From Bdellovibrionales bacterium (GTDB lineage Bacteria; Bdellovibrionota; Bdellovibrionia; Bdellovibrionales; JAGQZY01), in NCBI GenBank assembly GCA_964230555.1, contig CAXRIX010000178.1:141-64140 (forward strand): a DNA stretch of 64,000 nucleotides, given 5' to 3'. A model generated the notes under the pieces. It ran no database searches, had not been told where the DNA came from, and worked only from the letters and a program-made list of their open reading frames with translations. Positions 47,562-57,781 of this stretch are shown one piece after another. The stretch's first letter is position 1; every line of letters begins with the position of its first letter. A program made the position numbers and the translations under genes.

Positions 47562-49598
47562 GTGAAGATCTTCACTCTAATTGCACTCATTTGTATTTTA
47601 TCAAGCAAGGCCTTTGGTTCCAGTGACATGGAACATATCGAGGTTCGCGGTTCAGAATCGGAATTTTTCCATTTAAGTCAGCCGGCCCAAGAAAGTCTGC
47701 ATCGGCAACAATTGGAAGAACGAAGTCTGTTTCATGGTGAACAAGTGTTGAGCCAGTTTGCCAATATCAGCACCGCCAGTAGCACCAACCGTCTGCGCTA
47801 TTTTAAAATACGTGGCATTGGTGAACGAAGTGAATACGACACCATTCCATCAAATTCAGTGGGACTATTTTATGACCACATTGATCTGAGCGGCCTGGGA
47901 GGCATCCTGGCTCTCTATGATATTCATCAAGTTGAGGTCATGAAAGGTCCGCAAACCTTTTTGTTTGGCGATTCTTCCTTGGGTGGTAACGTTTTATTAA
48001 GTAGCTCTGAAATTTCAAGAAGCCACCGATCCCTTTGGGGCGGTCTTGGGTCACAGAATCGAAACACCATGGGTACAAGTCTCCATGCCGAGGTTTCGGA
48101 TATTTTTTCATTTAAGCTTGGAGTGCAAAAGCATGAATCCGACGGGTTTTTTTATAATTCCTATTATCAAAAATTCACTTCGGCACGGGATGAGCTTTTT
48201 GCAAATTTAGGCTGGCAATTGGATTGGGGAGCTTCACGCTTACGGGCCAGTCATATCTATGGGCATAACGATAATGGCAACGACCTGTGGAACACCGATG
48301 GCTCCTACACCGTGTTATCGGATAAAATAGGCGAGGATGACCAACTGACCCATGGTCACTCCTTAGAGTGGACGGGGCCGATCACTGAGACGCTACAGTA
48401 TTTAGTCATTGGTTCTTACAGTCTTTCGGATCAGTTGGTCTCTTATGATGAAGACTGGAATAACAATACCTTTTGGAACAGCGTGACGGGTTGGGAAAAG
48501 AATTATGATTATTTTAGATCCTACAACAGACGCAAAACCAATCTGCATTTAAAATCTCTTCTACAACATCAGTGGGGAGGGTGGAATGTGTCTTATGGCC
48601 TTCATTACTATCAAAAAACAGAGGCGACCGATGTTAATTCCTTTAGAAATGCAACACTAAGAAATAGCTTACAAGCCGAGTACCAAGCTGACAAAGTAGC
48701 CCTTTTAACCAATGTCAATTATCACCTGTCTTCCCATTCAAGCTTGAATCTCAGTAGTCGTGTTGAGGATCAGGATATCGAATACCAGGACACCAATAGT
48801 TTTTCGAATCAAAAAGACAACCAAGCTTGGGCGTTTAATCTTCTTTATAGCTACACCCAAGGACCTCATATTTGGCGGGCCTTGGTATCCCGCGGCTTCA
48901 AAGGGGCGGGCTTCAATCCGGAAATCAATCTAACCCCTGAGCAGCAAGAGTACGAGCCTGAGTACGCTATGAATTATGAGATCTCTTGGGAATTTCAAAA
49001 ACCCACTTTTAAAAACAATGTCAGTCTTTTCTACATGGATCGTCGCCATCATCAAATCACCACTTCAAGCCAAGATGACCCTTCTGACCCTAGTCAATTC
49101 ACATTGTTCGTTGATAATGCCGCTCAAAGCCACCACTACGGACTAGAATGGCAGGGGGATTGGAGTCCTTCGTCTTTTTTTACATTGCAAACCAGTGTTG
49201 GTTTGATGAAAGCACAATTCGTGGAGTATCAGTTGCGCAATCGTTCCTATGGGGGACGAGAACTGGCGCATTCGCCCTCTTATACTTTTTCCGTCACCAC
49301 TCATTTTCGTCTGACACCCTGGCTGTATTGGAATGTCAATTCGACCGGTCGCGATGGATTCTACTATTCCAACAGTCATGACCAAACCAATGGGCCGATT
49401 GGACTCATCAATTCCAGCTTGCATTGGATCGTCAGTTCCAGACTGCGGATGTCGCTTTGGGGAAACAATCTTTTCAGCAAACGCTACTCGCAAAGGGGCT
49501 TTTATTTTGGTAATGAACCTCCTGATTTTGAAACCCGTTTGTATCAACAAAACGCCAACCCTTTCGAGTGGGGTGTGCGGGCGCAATACCAGTTTTAA
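47562..49598 (+). CDS. TonB-dependent outer-membrane receptor (riboswitch-controlled; predicted thiamine or thiamine-precursor uptake)
   Basis: 678 aa with a GTG start. Signal peptide. Plug blocks (HIEVRGS, NRLRYFKIRGIGERS, VEVMKGPQTFLFG). C-terminal ..WGVRAQYQF. Confidence 0.9.
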   Translation: MKIFTLIALICILSSKAFGSSDMEHIEVRGSESEFFHLSQPAQESLHRQQLEERSLFHGEQVLSQFANISTASSTNRLRYFKIRGIGERSEYDTIPSNSVGLFYDHIDLSGLGGILALYDIHQVEVMKGPQTFLFGDSSLGGNVLLSSSEISRSHRSLWGGLGSQNRNTMGTSLHAEVSDIFSFKLGVQKHESDGFFYNSYYQKFTSARDELFANLGWQLDWGASRLRASHIYGHNDNGNDLWNTDGSYTVLSDKIGEDDQLTHGHSLEWTGPITETLQYLVIGSYSLSDQLVSYDEDWNNNTFWNSVTGWEKNYDYFRSYNRRKTNLHLKSLLQHQWGGWNVSYGLHYYQKTEATDVNSFRNATLRNSLQAEYQADKVALLTNVNYHLSSHSSLNLSSRVEDQDIEYQDTNSFSNQKDNQAWAFNLLYSYTQGPHIWRALVSRGFKGAGFNPEINLTPEQQEYEPEYAMNYEISWEFQKPTFKNNVSLFYMDRRHHQITTSSQDDPSDPSQFTLFVDNAAQSHHYGLEWQGDWSPSSFFTLQTSVGLMKAQFVEYQLRNRSYGGRELAHSPSYTFSVTTHFRLTPWLYWNVNSTGRDGFYYSNSHDQTNGPIGLINSSLHWIVSSRLRMSLWGNNLFSKRYSQRGFYFGNEPPDFETRLYQQNANPFEWGVRAQYQF

Positions 49599-49880
49599 AG
49601 CCCAGTTTCGGTCGAGCCAGAAAACTTAAAAAATTCGAAGCGTTTGTTTGTCAGCGGGGCACAATGACCAAAGGGACCTTGATCCATTAGCGATATTTTG
49701 ATCTGTCATTAAATCAAACGCTTCAAAACAGGCTGTCGAACTAGTGGTCGAAAAAAACGAGTCGACACCTGTGTCTCAAGTCGATTCACTAAAGCCATCT
49801 TACCTTCGAATTGAGTGATGGGCTCAGTGGCCCTTGCCTTGCATATTAAATCTATCAGTAGAACTTTGGCTGGAGGGCAT

Positions 49881-50867
49881 ATGAGGTTGGTTTTGGCATT
49901 ATTGACGATGGCTTGGGGAATAACGGCACTGGGCGCCTCAAATGAAAACAATTGGAGTTGTCGCGAGAAGATAAGCTCAAATTTCCGTAATTTTCTTTAC
50001 TCACATAACAAGGATTTGGACTACGCCTATGGGTCTGGTCGCAAAAATTTAGACCTTTTTTATCACCGCAACTACAGTCGACAGACACCTCTGGTGGTGT
50101 TCTTTCACGGTGGTGGTTTTACGCAAGGTGATAAGTGTAACTTTTTTAAAAACTTTGAATCTCAAATTCGAAGCCTCCTACAAAACAATGTGGCGGTGGC
50201 CTCGGTCAATTATTCTTTTCTCGTCAGCGGCGATGGCAGAGGAGCAACCCGGGCCTTCGATGACGGCAAACAAGCCTTTCGCTTATTGCAGCAGGTTGCT
50301 CGGTGGAGAAATATCAATTTGAATAAAGTTATCCTGTCGGGAAAGTCGGCCGGAGCAGGAATTGCCATGGCTGTTGGTTTGCACGATGACTATTCGGATG
50401 ACGTTGCAGGGCTCTTGCTTTTGGAAGCGCAAGCCAGTTATAGCACACATCAGTTGAGCCGTGTTTTTAATTCATATTTGGTGGCTGCCGGTAAAGATTT
50501 AGAGACAGTATTACGACAGACGTCGGGTCAAAATGGAATACTTTGGCATTTAAAAAAGATCTATGGGACCGATAACTCACACAAAATGTTTGATTATCGA
50601 AGCAACTCAATTGCGCGCCAATTGAATTTGTTGCACTTGATGGATTCTAATGATCCTCCTATTTACGTAGAGAACGTAAAGGAAAGTAATTCGATACGGA
50701 TCAGTGATTCGGGAAATATCTATCACCATCAGAAACACGCGGATTTAATAGCCGATGATGCTCGTCGAGCCGGGATCGACGTTGTCAAAACAGCCGGAAA
50801 ACAATTCGATAATGAAAGTGTACTAAAACAAAATCGACTGAATTTTATTTACGGTATATTTGATTAA
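49881..50867 (+). CDS. secreted alpha/beta-hydrolase (esterase/lipase, HGGG type)
   Basis: TGGAGGG RBS plus MRLVLALLTMAWGITALGA. Oxyanion block VVFFHGGGF. Nucleophile elbow GKSAGAG. Confidence 0.8.
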   Translation: MRLVLALLTMAWGITALGASNENNWSCREKISSNFRNFLYSHNKDLDYAYGSGRKNLDLFYHRNYSRQTPLVVFFHGGGFTQGDKCNFFKNFESQIRSLLQNNVAVASVNYSFLVSGDGRGATRAFDDGKQAFRLLQQVARWRNINLNKVILSGKSAGAGIAMAVGLHDDYSDDVAGLLLLEAQASYSTHQLSRVFNSYLVAAGKDLETVLRQTSGQNGILWHLKKIYGTDNSHKMFDYRSNSIARQLNLLHLMDSNDPPIYVENVKESNSIRISDSGNIYHHQKHADLIADDARRAGIDVVKTAGKQFDNESVLKQNRLNFIYGIFD

Positions 50868-51029
50868 TATAAAGATTATTGAAAAATTACTACAGATACT
50901 ATGGGCTACAAAACGACGGACTTCCTAATGCACTTAGAAGCTTTCTAAATTAGGTCCTTCAACCCTCAACTTAAAATAATAGTAAAAGTCTGGTTGGTGA
51001 TCTTAAGTTTTTCCAAGATCCGAAGCGAT

Positions 51030-52100
51030 TTATTTAATCGGGATGATCCAGTCGTTATCGTCTGTCGTTCGACCGTACTGGATATTGGTTAAATCATTAT
51101 ATAACTGTTGTGAGATTTCGCCGGTTTCACCATCGTTGATGACCATATCAAAATCGTCATTGCCTAGCTTACCCACAGGGCTAATAACAGCCGCGGTTCC
51201 AGTTCCAAAGACTTCTTTTAAAAGACCTTTTTGATGGGCGGACTTTAATTCTTCAAGGGATAGTTTTCTTTCGCTGACGGTGTGACCCATTTTGCGAAGC
51301 AGCTGGATCGCTGTGTCGCGGGTTTTTCCACCAAGGATGGTGCCACCCAGGCCTGGCGTTACGATTTCATCTTCAAAGACGAAGAAAACATTCATAGTTC
51401 CCACTTCTTCGATGTGTTTTTTATGAACATCGAGCCAAAGGACTTGAGTGTAGCCGCGGGCTTTTGCATTTTCTGAAGCTTTTAAGCTGCCGGCGTAATT
51501 GGCAGCCGCTTTGGTCGAGCCAAGACCACCGGGTGCCGCTCTGACGAATTCTTTTTCAATCCAAATTTTAACCGGAGCCAAGCCTTCAGCGTAATAGGGG
51601 CCAACCGGGGAGAGGATAATGAAGAATAAATACTCATTGGAGGGGCGGATTCCCAAAAAACCTTCGCTGGCCACCAAGGTGGGGCGAATGTAAAGCGCCG
51701 AATGAGGAGCATCTGGAACCCAATCTTGATCAAGACGAACCAGTTGTTTGATTCCTTCTAAGAATATTTCTTTGGGAGGCGCTTGCATGCAGAGTCTTTC
51801 GCAGCCTTGGACCATTCTTTTCCAATTGAATTCTGGGCGAAACAGCGCCACATTTCCATTGTCCCAACGATAGGCTTTCATGCCTTCAAACAAGGCCTGT
51901 CCATAATGCAGAACACAGGCGGCGGGGTTCAGGCTAAGGTTTTCAAAAGGCTGTATTTTTAAGTTGTACCAGCCTCTGTCTTTCGAATAATGGGCCACAA
52001 ACATGTGATCGGTAAAATGTTTACCAAAGCCAAGGTTTGATGAATCAGGCTTGCTTCCAGGGGCCGAGTTTTTTTGGATTTCAATATTAATGTTTTCCAT
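51030..52100 (-). CDS. ilvE: branched-chain amino acid aminotransferase (class IV PLP enzyme)
   Basis: 356 aa. Blocks YGQALFEGMKAYR, GGLGSTKAAANYA, VGTMNVFFV, FGTGTAAVISPV. Confidence 0.9.
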   Translation of the reverse strand: MENINIEIQKNSAPGSKPDSSNLGFGKHFTDHMFVAHYSKDRGWYNLKIQPFENLSLNPAACVLHYGQALFEGMKAYRWDNGNVALFRPEFNWKRMVQGCERLCMQAPPKEIFLEGIKQLVRLDQDWVPDAPHSALYIRPTLVASEGFLGIRPSNEYLFFIILSPVGPYYAEGLAPVKIWIEKEFVRAAPGGLGSTKAAANYAGSLKASENAKARGYTQVLWLDVHKKHIEEVGTMNVFFVFEDEIVTPGLGGTILGGKTRDTAIQLLRKMGHTVSERKLSLEELKSAHQKGLLKEVFGTGTAAVISPVGKLGNDDFDMVINDGETGEISQQLYNDLTNIQYGRTTDDNDWIIPIK

Positions 52101-52231
52101 AGAGATGCCGCAAGACCTACCACAGGAGTTACGCGGCGTAAACTAATGGATTTTACAGACGCTCCTTTATCGATAAGTTGAATTTGGGCACCAAGGAACT
52201 ATGAGTCACAACCTCAAATCCAGGAAAAATG

Positions 52232-52249
52232 TGTGCAAAGAATTGCACA
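52232..52249. promoter_or_regulatory. palindrome TGTGCAA-N4-TTGCACA upstream of ilvE; candidate operator
   Basis: Read directly, about 130-150 bp upstream of the ilvE start. No regulator assigned. Confidence 0.25.
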
Positions 52250-52332
52250 AAGACTGGGGCTATCAGCGGGGCCTGTCAGCTCGATTTGGAATCTTGGGAA
52301 CCCTGTGGGCTTCTATCTGTCGTCTTAACCTT

Positions 52333-53739
52333 TCAAGCGCGAGACGGCCAAAGCATTCGCAATAAAGCAAAGCTTAAAAATCCAGCGGCCATACCCGGCG
52401 CTGTTTCAAAGATGATCGAGCTATAACCCAAAAACTTCCAGGCAATAGAAGTCGACATTCCGGCGGCCATCATCGCAATCAATTGTTTTTGATCAAGACG
52501 CACAGAAAAACAGTAAAGAAAAAGTATGGGGCCAAAGCCAGAAGCCAAAGTTCCCCAAGCATAGAGGACGAGGTAAAAAACATTGCTACCGGCATAAAGA
52601 GCGATGAACATGGAGACAACAGTAATACTGAGGGTCACCAACTTAGTGATCCAATAATTGTCACTTTTCTTTTTAAAGAAGTCGCGGGTCAAAGCCGCTG
52701 AACAGCTTAAAATCTGAGAGTCAGCCGTTGACATTGTTGCTGCAAAAATACCGGCCAGCATGACCCCCACAAAAACATCAGGTAGCAGGGCTTGCGATAA
52801 TGTCGGCAAAGCCAGTTCCGGATCAAAGGTGTTTTCAGCGGGAATCAACAAACGCGCACTCAGGCCGACACCGATGGCTAACAAATAAAAGGCGGCAAAC
52901 CAAAGATAGTAGAATTGACGAAAAGACCCCATGTTTTTCGCATGATCCATAGTTAAAATACGTATCATAATATGAGGTTGCCCGATGATTCCGGCGCCGG
53001 CAAAAAACCAACCCATGACAAAGAAGAGGGTGCCGAGCATCGGCTGTGAAAATGGAGTTTGCGGTGTGAAGCTACCAAATTCTGTGGAGACGGATTGAAT
53101 ACCTTGCCAAAAACCAGACCATCCCCCGAGACTGGATAGGGCGTAGAAGAACAGTAAGGCCATAGACCCAAGCATCACAAAGGATTGAACCACATCCGTC
53201 CAGATCGAGGCTCGAATACCTCCGGCAAAGCAATAGGCCACCACCATAGCAGCGCCAAGATAGATACCTGTTGAAGTCTCCCAGTCAAAGAGGACTGTTA
53301 AAGCCTTGCCTCCTGCTTTCAATTGAGCGGCGGCATAGATGCCAAGAAACACCACTGTCAGCAAGCCAACGATCCGACGCACTAACTGGTAATCTTTTCC
53401 CCACCAATTGGAGATCAGTCCACCAAAACTGTAGATATCTCGCGAATCGGAGGTCTCGTGGATTTTTTTGTGGACGATAAGAGACATGATAAAATCACCA
53501 ACCAGCCAACCCACCATAATCCAGATGGAAGAGACACCAAAGCTATAGGTGAAGCCAATTTGACCAATAAACATATAGCCACTGTTGTTTGTCGATACGG
53601 CAGAAAGCGCCACCATCCAAGCTTTTACACTTCGACTAGCAAGAAGATAATCTTGATTTGATTTGCGACTTTTTCGGACTGAATAAAGTCCGACACCCAC
53701 AAATAGACTGAGGAAGACAATAAAACTTAAAACAATCAA
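52333..53739 (-). CDS. sodium:solute symporter family (SSF) transporter
   Basis: 468 aa with about 12-13 TM helices. SSF-like blocks (YLLASRSV, GGIRASIWTDVVQ). Confidence 0.8.
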   Translation of the reverse strand: MIVLSFIVFLSLFVGVGLYSVRKSRKSNQDYLLASRSVKAWMVALSAVSTNNSGYMFIGQIGFTYSFGVSSIWIMVGWLVGDFIMSLIVHKKIHETSDSRDIYSFGGLISNWWGKDYQLVRRIVGLLTVVFLGIYAAAQLKAGGKALTVLFDWETSTGIYLGAAMVVAYCFAGGIRASIWTDVVQSFVMLGSMALLFFYALSSLGGWSGFWQGIQSVSTEFGSFTPQTPFSQPMLGTLFFVMGWFFAGAGIIGQPHIMIRILTMDHAKNMGSFRQFYYLWFAAFYLLAIGVGLSARLLIPAENTFDPELALPTLSQALLPDVFVGVMLAGIFAATMSTADSQILSCSAALTRDFFKKKSDNYWITKLVTLSITVVSMFIALYAGSNVFYLVLYAWGTLASGFGPILFLYCFSVRLDQKQLIAMMAAGMSTSIAWKFLGYSSIIFETAPGMAAGFLSFALLRMLWPSRA

Positions 53740-53981
53740 ATGGACCTCGAAAAGCGCTCACCTTAGCGGGGAAATGCTTGCTTTTAAAGCTTAAAAAGTT
53801 AGAAGTTCATGTAAAAAATACGTGAATAAAGAAGATTTTCGAAAGATCTGCTTTTAATTCACTTAAAATCACTTTCAAAAAATTCGAAATCAGAGCAGTA
53901 AAAGAAATTTTACAAAAGTCATTGGAATTTAAATTGAGTATGGCAGTATCCATCGATTGTAAAACTTGGGAAAGGTGAATT

Positions 53982-55076
53982 GTGAGTCTGAACAGGCAAA
54001 GAGGACGAGGCAAGCCTATTATTGATATCCCTGTTGGTGAAGGTGCAAAAAGCAAAGTGTCTACCGACTTGGATTTTGAGGCCGATGGTAAACAAATCAG
54101 TTATCTTAAAATTCCCTACTCTCGAAATACATCGGCGTGGGGACAGGTTTTAATTCCGATTATACAATTCAAAAATGGCAAAGGTCCGACTGTCCTCCTC
54201 AGTGGAGGCGTGCATGGCGATGAGTATGAGGGCCCAGTGGCGCTCATTAAGTTGGTTCAGCGCCTAAAGGTGGAACAAGTGAGTGGTCGGATTATTATTT
54301 TGCCGGCGGTCAATCTGCCGGCCCATCTCAGTGCCACTCGGTTATCGCCTTTGGATCAGCTGGATTTGAATCGAAGCTTTCCCGGAGACAGCAAGGGGTC
54401 CATCACCCAGGTGATTGCCGATTATGTTAATCGTGAGCTGATCGGGCGCGCCGACATGGTTGTTGATATGCACTCCGGCGGACATTCCCTAGATTTTGTT
54501 CCCTGTGCGGTAATGCACAAACTTGATAATAAAAAACAAGAGAAGAAAATACTTGAAGCCCTCAAGGCTTTCGGTGCGCCGTTTGGTCTTTATTTGAAAG
54601 AAGGCGATCCAGATGGCTTGCTTGATACAGCCGTAGAAAGTCAGGGAAAGATTTTTATTTCCACTGAACTTCGGGGCGGTGGCTCTGTCACTAAAACCGC
54701 TGTCGATGTGGCTGACAATGGTCTGTGCAATCTGCTTCGCCATTTTGGTGTGGCGGAAGTGCGCCCTTCAAAATACACACGTTATCGGGCTCAGCGGACA
54801 GAGACTCTTTTGCATACCGACGATAAAGGATGTTTTATCAATTGCGAAGAGCAGGGACTGTTTGAGCCCTTGGTGGAGCTTGGTGAAACTGTAAAACAGG
54901 GGCAAGCCGTGGCTCAGCTGCATGGGATCTCGTCTCCCAGTCGGCGCCCCAAACTTTTGAAGTCGGCTCAAGAGGGTGTTGTTATTTGTCGAAGGGTGCC
55001 CGGCCGAGCCGAGGCGGGTGACTGTTTAATGGTGGTTGGAATTAAGAAACAATGGGAGGATCTCAATGGGAAATGA
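53982..55076 (+). CDS. succinylglutamate desuccinylase/aspartoacylase-family zinc deacylase (DoeB/EutE-like subgroup)
   Basis: GTG start after GGGAAAGG. Blocks NGKGPTVLLSGGVHGDEYEGPVAL, GRIIILPAVN, LNRSFPG, VVDMHSGGHSL. Confidence 0.8.
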   Translation: MSLNRQRGRGKPIIDIPVGEGAKSKVSTDLDFEADGKQISYLKIPYSRNTSAWGQVLIPIIQFKNGKGPTVLLSGGVHGDEYEGPVALIKLVQRLKVEQVSGRIIILPAVNLPAHLSATRLSPLDQLDLNRSFPGDSKGSITQVIADYVNRELIGRADMVVDMHSGGHSLDFVPCAVMHKLDNKKQEKKILEALKAFGAPFGLYLKEGDPDGLLDTAVESQGKIFISTELRGGGSVTKTAVDVADNGLCNLLRHFGVAEVRPSKYTRYRAQRTETLLHTDDKGCFINCEEQGLFEPLVELGETVKQGQAVAQLHGISSPSRRPKLLKSAQEGVVICRRVPGRAEAGDCLMVVGIKKQWEDLNGK

Positions 55077-56259
55077 TCAATTAAAAAATGCCGGTCGCGG
55101 AACACAGTCGGTTTGGGCTGGGGAAATGGGAAGTCTTCCCGGTGGGGCCTCGCAGATGCCCGTGTTTCACACGGTGACCTACAATTATGAAGACCTGGAT
55201 GAGTGGTATGATGTTGCTCTTGGCAAGCGTGAAGGCCATATTTACAGTCGCAATACCAATCCGACGGTAGCGCAATTTGAAGAAAAAGTGCGGGTTTTAG
55301 AAGGAGCTGAAGCAGCAACCAGTTTTTCCACTGGCATGGCAGCAATCAGCAATACACTGTTTACATTTCTCAAACCCGGTCAGCGTGTGGTCAGTATCAA
55401 AGACAGCTACGGTGGAACCAGTAAGATATTTTTAAACTTTCTTCCACCTCTGAATGTGGAAGTCGAATTGTGTGAGACGGGTGATCATGAGCAAATGATC
55501 GCTGAAATCGAAAAAGGGTGTGACCTGGTTTATCTGGAAACTCCCACCAATCCGACATTAAAAATTATTGATATTGAAAGAATTGCGAAAGTGGCCAAGG
55601 CCAACGGAGCTCTGGTTGTAGTGGATAACACTTTTGCAACCCCAATCAACCAGACGCCATTGGCTTTGGGTGCTGATCTTGTTCTTCATAGTGCGACCAA
55701 GTTTTTGGGTGGGCACTCTGATGCGATGGGAGGGGTCTTGTGTGGAAGCAAAGAATTGGTGCAGAAAGTTTTCCACTACCGTGAGATCACGGGAGCGACC
55801 CTGCATCCCATGTCCGCTTACCTTTTGAGTCGGGGGCTAAAGACTTTAGAACTACGAATTGCGCAACAGAATAAAAATGCTATGGCTGTGGCTCGCTATT
55901 TAAAAGAGCATAAGAAAGTCTCTCAGGTTTTTTATCCAGGACTGGAAGACCATAAGCATCACGATGTCGCCGCTCAACAGATGAAGGGGTTTGGTGGTAT
56001 GCTCAGTTTTGCATTAGCCGATGATTCCTTTGATGCCGTTAAAAAATTCTTACCCGCTTTAAAGTACGTTCATTTAGCAGCCAGTCTTGGTGCTGTCGGG
56101 ACATTGGCCGGCCCCCCCAAAGTCACCAGCCACGTTGAGACCACCGTTGAAGAAAGAGAAAAATTGGGAATTCCCGAAAGCTTGATTCGGTTTTCGGTTG
56201 GGATTGAAAACACCGAGGATCTTTTGCAGGACCTTGAACAGGCGTTAGATAAACTTTAA
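55066..56259 (+). CDS. Cys/Met-metabolism PLP-dependent enzyme (cystathionine gamma-synthase/lyase family)
   Basis: GGGAGGA RBS. Blocks YSRNTNPT, VVDNTFATP, HSATKFLGGHSD (PLP Lys), RFSVGIE. Confidence 0.9.
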   Translation: MGNDQLKNAGRGTQSVWAGEMGSLPGGASQMPVFHTVTYNYEDLDEWYDVALGKREGHIYSRNTNPTVAQFEEKVRVLEGAEAATSFSTGMAAISNTLFTFLKPGQRVVSIKDSYGGTSKIFLNFLPPLNVEVELCETGDHEQMIAEIEKGCDLVYLETPTNPTLKIIDIERIAKVAKANGALVVVDNTFATPINQTPLALGADLVLHSATKFLGGHSDAMGGVLCGSKELVQKVFHYREITGATLHPMSAYLLSRGLKTLELRIAQQNKNAMAVARYLKEHKKVSQVFYPGLEDHKHHDVAAQQMKGFGGMLSFALADDSFDAVKKFLPALKYVHLAASLGAVGTLAGPPKVTSHVETTVEEREKLGIPESLIRFSVGIENTEDLLQDLEQALDKL

Positions 56260-57422
56260 GACTTGATAACTAGATCTCGGGGAATGTCAAAAAACGACTC
56301 CGCCCCTTGATCGGTGACACGCACTGTTTCAGAGATTCCAACTACGGTTTTGAGCTCAGGAAGCTGCACCCAAGGGATTAAATGAAACACCATATTGGTT
56401 TCCAAAGGGGTGCTGTTTCCCTGCACCAGACTGATCACGTGGCCCTCGTCCCAAGCCGGGGCAAATGAAATTCCTAAGCCATAGCCCGTCCGAGAAATTC
56501 GGGTGGCGCCAATTTTTGCCAATCGTTCGGGGTTGCGAGTGAGGGTGTCAATTTCACCGGCGGTTATTCCGGGTTTCATATTTTCCATAAGAATTTGCAG
56601 TTCCTCTTGGATCAACTTTGCGCTCTCGACAATGGGAGCTGGAGGCTTGTCTCCAACATAAATCGTTCGCATCATGGCCGTGTGGTAACGCTGGAAGCAG
56701 CCACCGACTTCTACAAAAACGTTGTCACCCTTGTTGATTGTGCGGCCTTCCCAGGTGGCATGGGAAATCAAAGATCGGGGGCCGGAGGTGATATAGGGAG
56801 GGACCGATGGGTACTCGCCACCGGCTTTGTACATGGCATGGTGAACGTCAGCGGCAATATCATTTTCAGTGATTCCGGCTTGGGTGCTTTCGATGGCCGC
56901 CCAAATACCAGCTTCGGTGGACCGAGCCGCTTTTTTCATCAGTTCAATTTCTTCTTTAGATTTCACTCGTCGCAAGGGATGCAGCAGAGAGGTGCAGTCG
57001 ACGACTTGACGGTCGCCAAGAAACTCTAAAATTTTTGTCAGTTGGGAGTGGCGGAAGAAAAAGCTATCCATCTCGACCCCGACTTTTTTGGCTTTTTCAT
57101 TTTTTGAACGAAAAACACTTTCGGTCACTTGAATGGGGTCCTCATGATCTTGGAAGGTGAAGGATTCACTGACCCAAGTGCGTTCGACAACATTAATCTG
57201 CTCTAAAAGACGCGTCACCATGTAGCAGGAGCCTTGACTATCAAGTGCGAGAAGGGTGAAGGCATCGTAGCCACTGGTCTGATAGCCGGTCAGGTAATTG
57301 ATGATGTCGGGTGAGTTTAGAAGGATCACATCCAAACCTTGGTTTTCCATAAGCTGCAAAGCACCCTGGACGCGTCTTTGATATTCACCGATTGAAAAAA
57401 CCAAGCCTGCATGTTCTCGCAT
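56256..57422 (-). CDS. M24-family hydrolase with a creatinase-type N-terminal domain (Xaa-Pro peptidase / DoeA-EutD-like)
   Basis: 388 aa. Pita-bread fold blocks (GDNVFVEVGG.., GLGISF.., MVFHLIP). Confidence 0.8.
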   Translation of the reverse strand: MREHAGLVFSIGEYQRRVQGALQLMENQGLDVILLNSPDIINYLTGYQTSGYDAFTLLALDSQGSCYMVTRLLEQINVVERTWVSESFTFQDHEDPIQVTESVFRSKNEKAKKVGVEMDSFFFRHSQLTKILEFLGDRQVVDCTSLLHPLRRVKSKEEIELMKKAARSTEAGIWAAIESTQAGITENDIAADVHHAMYKAGGEYPSVPPYITSGPRSLISHATWEGRTINKGDNVFVEVGGCFQRYHTAMMRTIYVGDKPPAPIVESAKLIQEELQILMENMKPGITAGEIDTLTRNPERLAKIGATRISRTGYGLGISFAPAWDEGHVISLVQGNSTPLETNMVFHLIPWVQLPELKTVVGISETVRVTDQGAESFFDIPRDLVIKS

Positions 57423-57616
57423 AATTCACCTCGAAAAAGCATTAGCTAGCATCAGTCAATCAGGGGTGCAAAACAAATCGCAGTCTATCCACCAAGACTA
57501 TAGAATTTACTTAACTTTTCTTGAAAGTGAGATGAACCAATCAATGAGTTTTGCCGATGGATCTTAGTGGGCCGAACCTTTTGCTTGGTTCATAGCAGGT
57601 GTCGCATTTTTGTGGT

Positions 57617-57628
57617 GTACAATTGTAC
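57617..57628. promoter_or_regulatory. perfect 12-bp palindrome GTACAATTGTAC in a divergent promoter region; candidate operator
   Basis: Read directly, between the M24 gene (minus strand) and the AraC-family gene (plus strand). Confidence 0.25.
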
Positions 57629-57781
57629 TCATTGAAAATCGCTCTATTTTTTTGCGAATTTCTTAATTTTTATAAATATAAATAATTTAATTTGATCTCA
57701 TTATTCTAAAAAATCGAGTCACTTTGAAAATTAAACGTCACGGTTGTTGCCAATTTTAAAAAACGCTGCCAGAACTTATAC

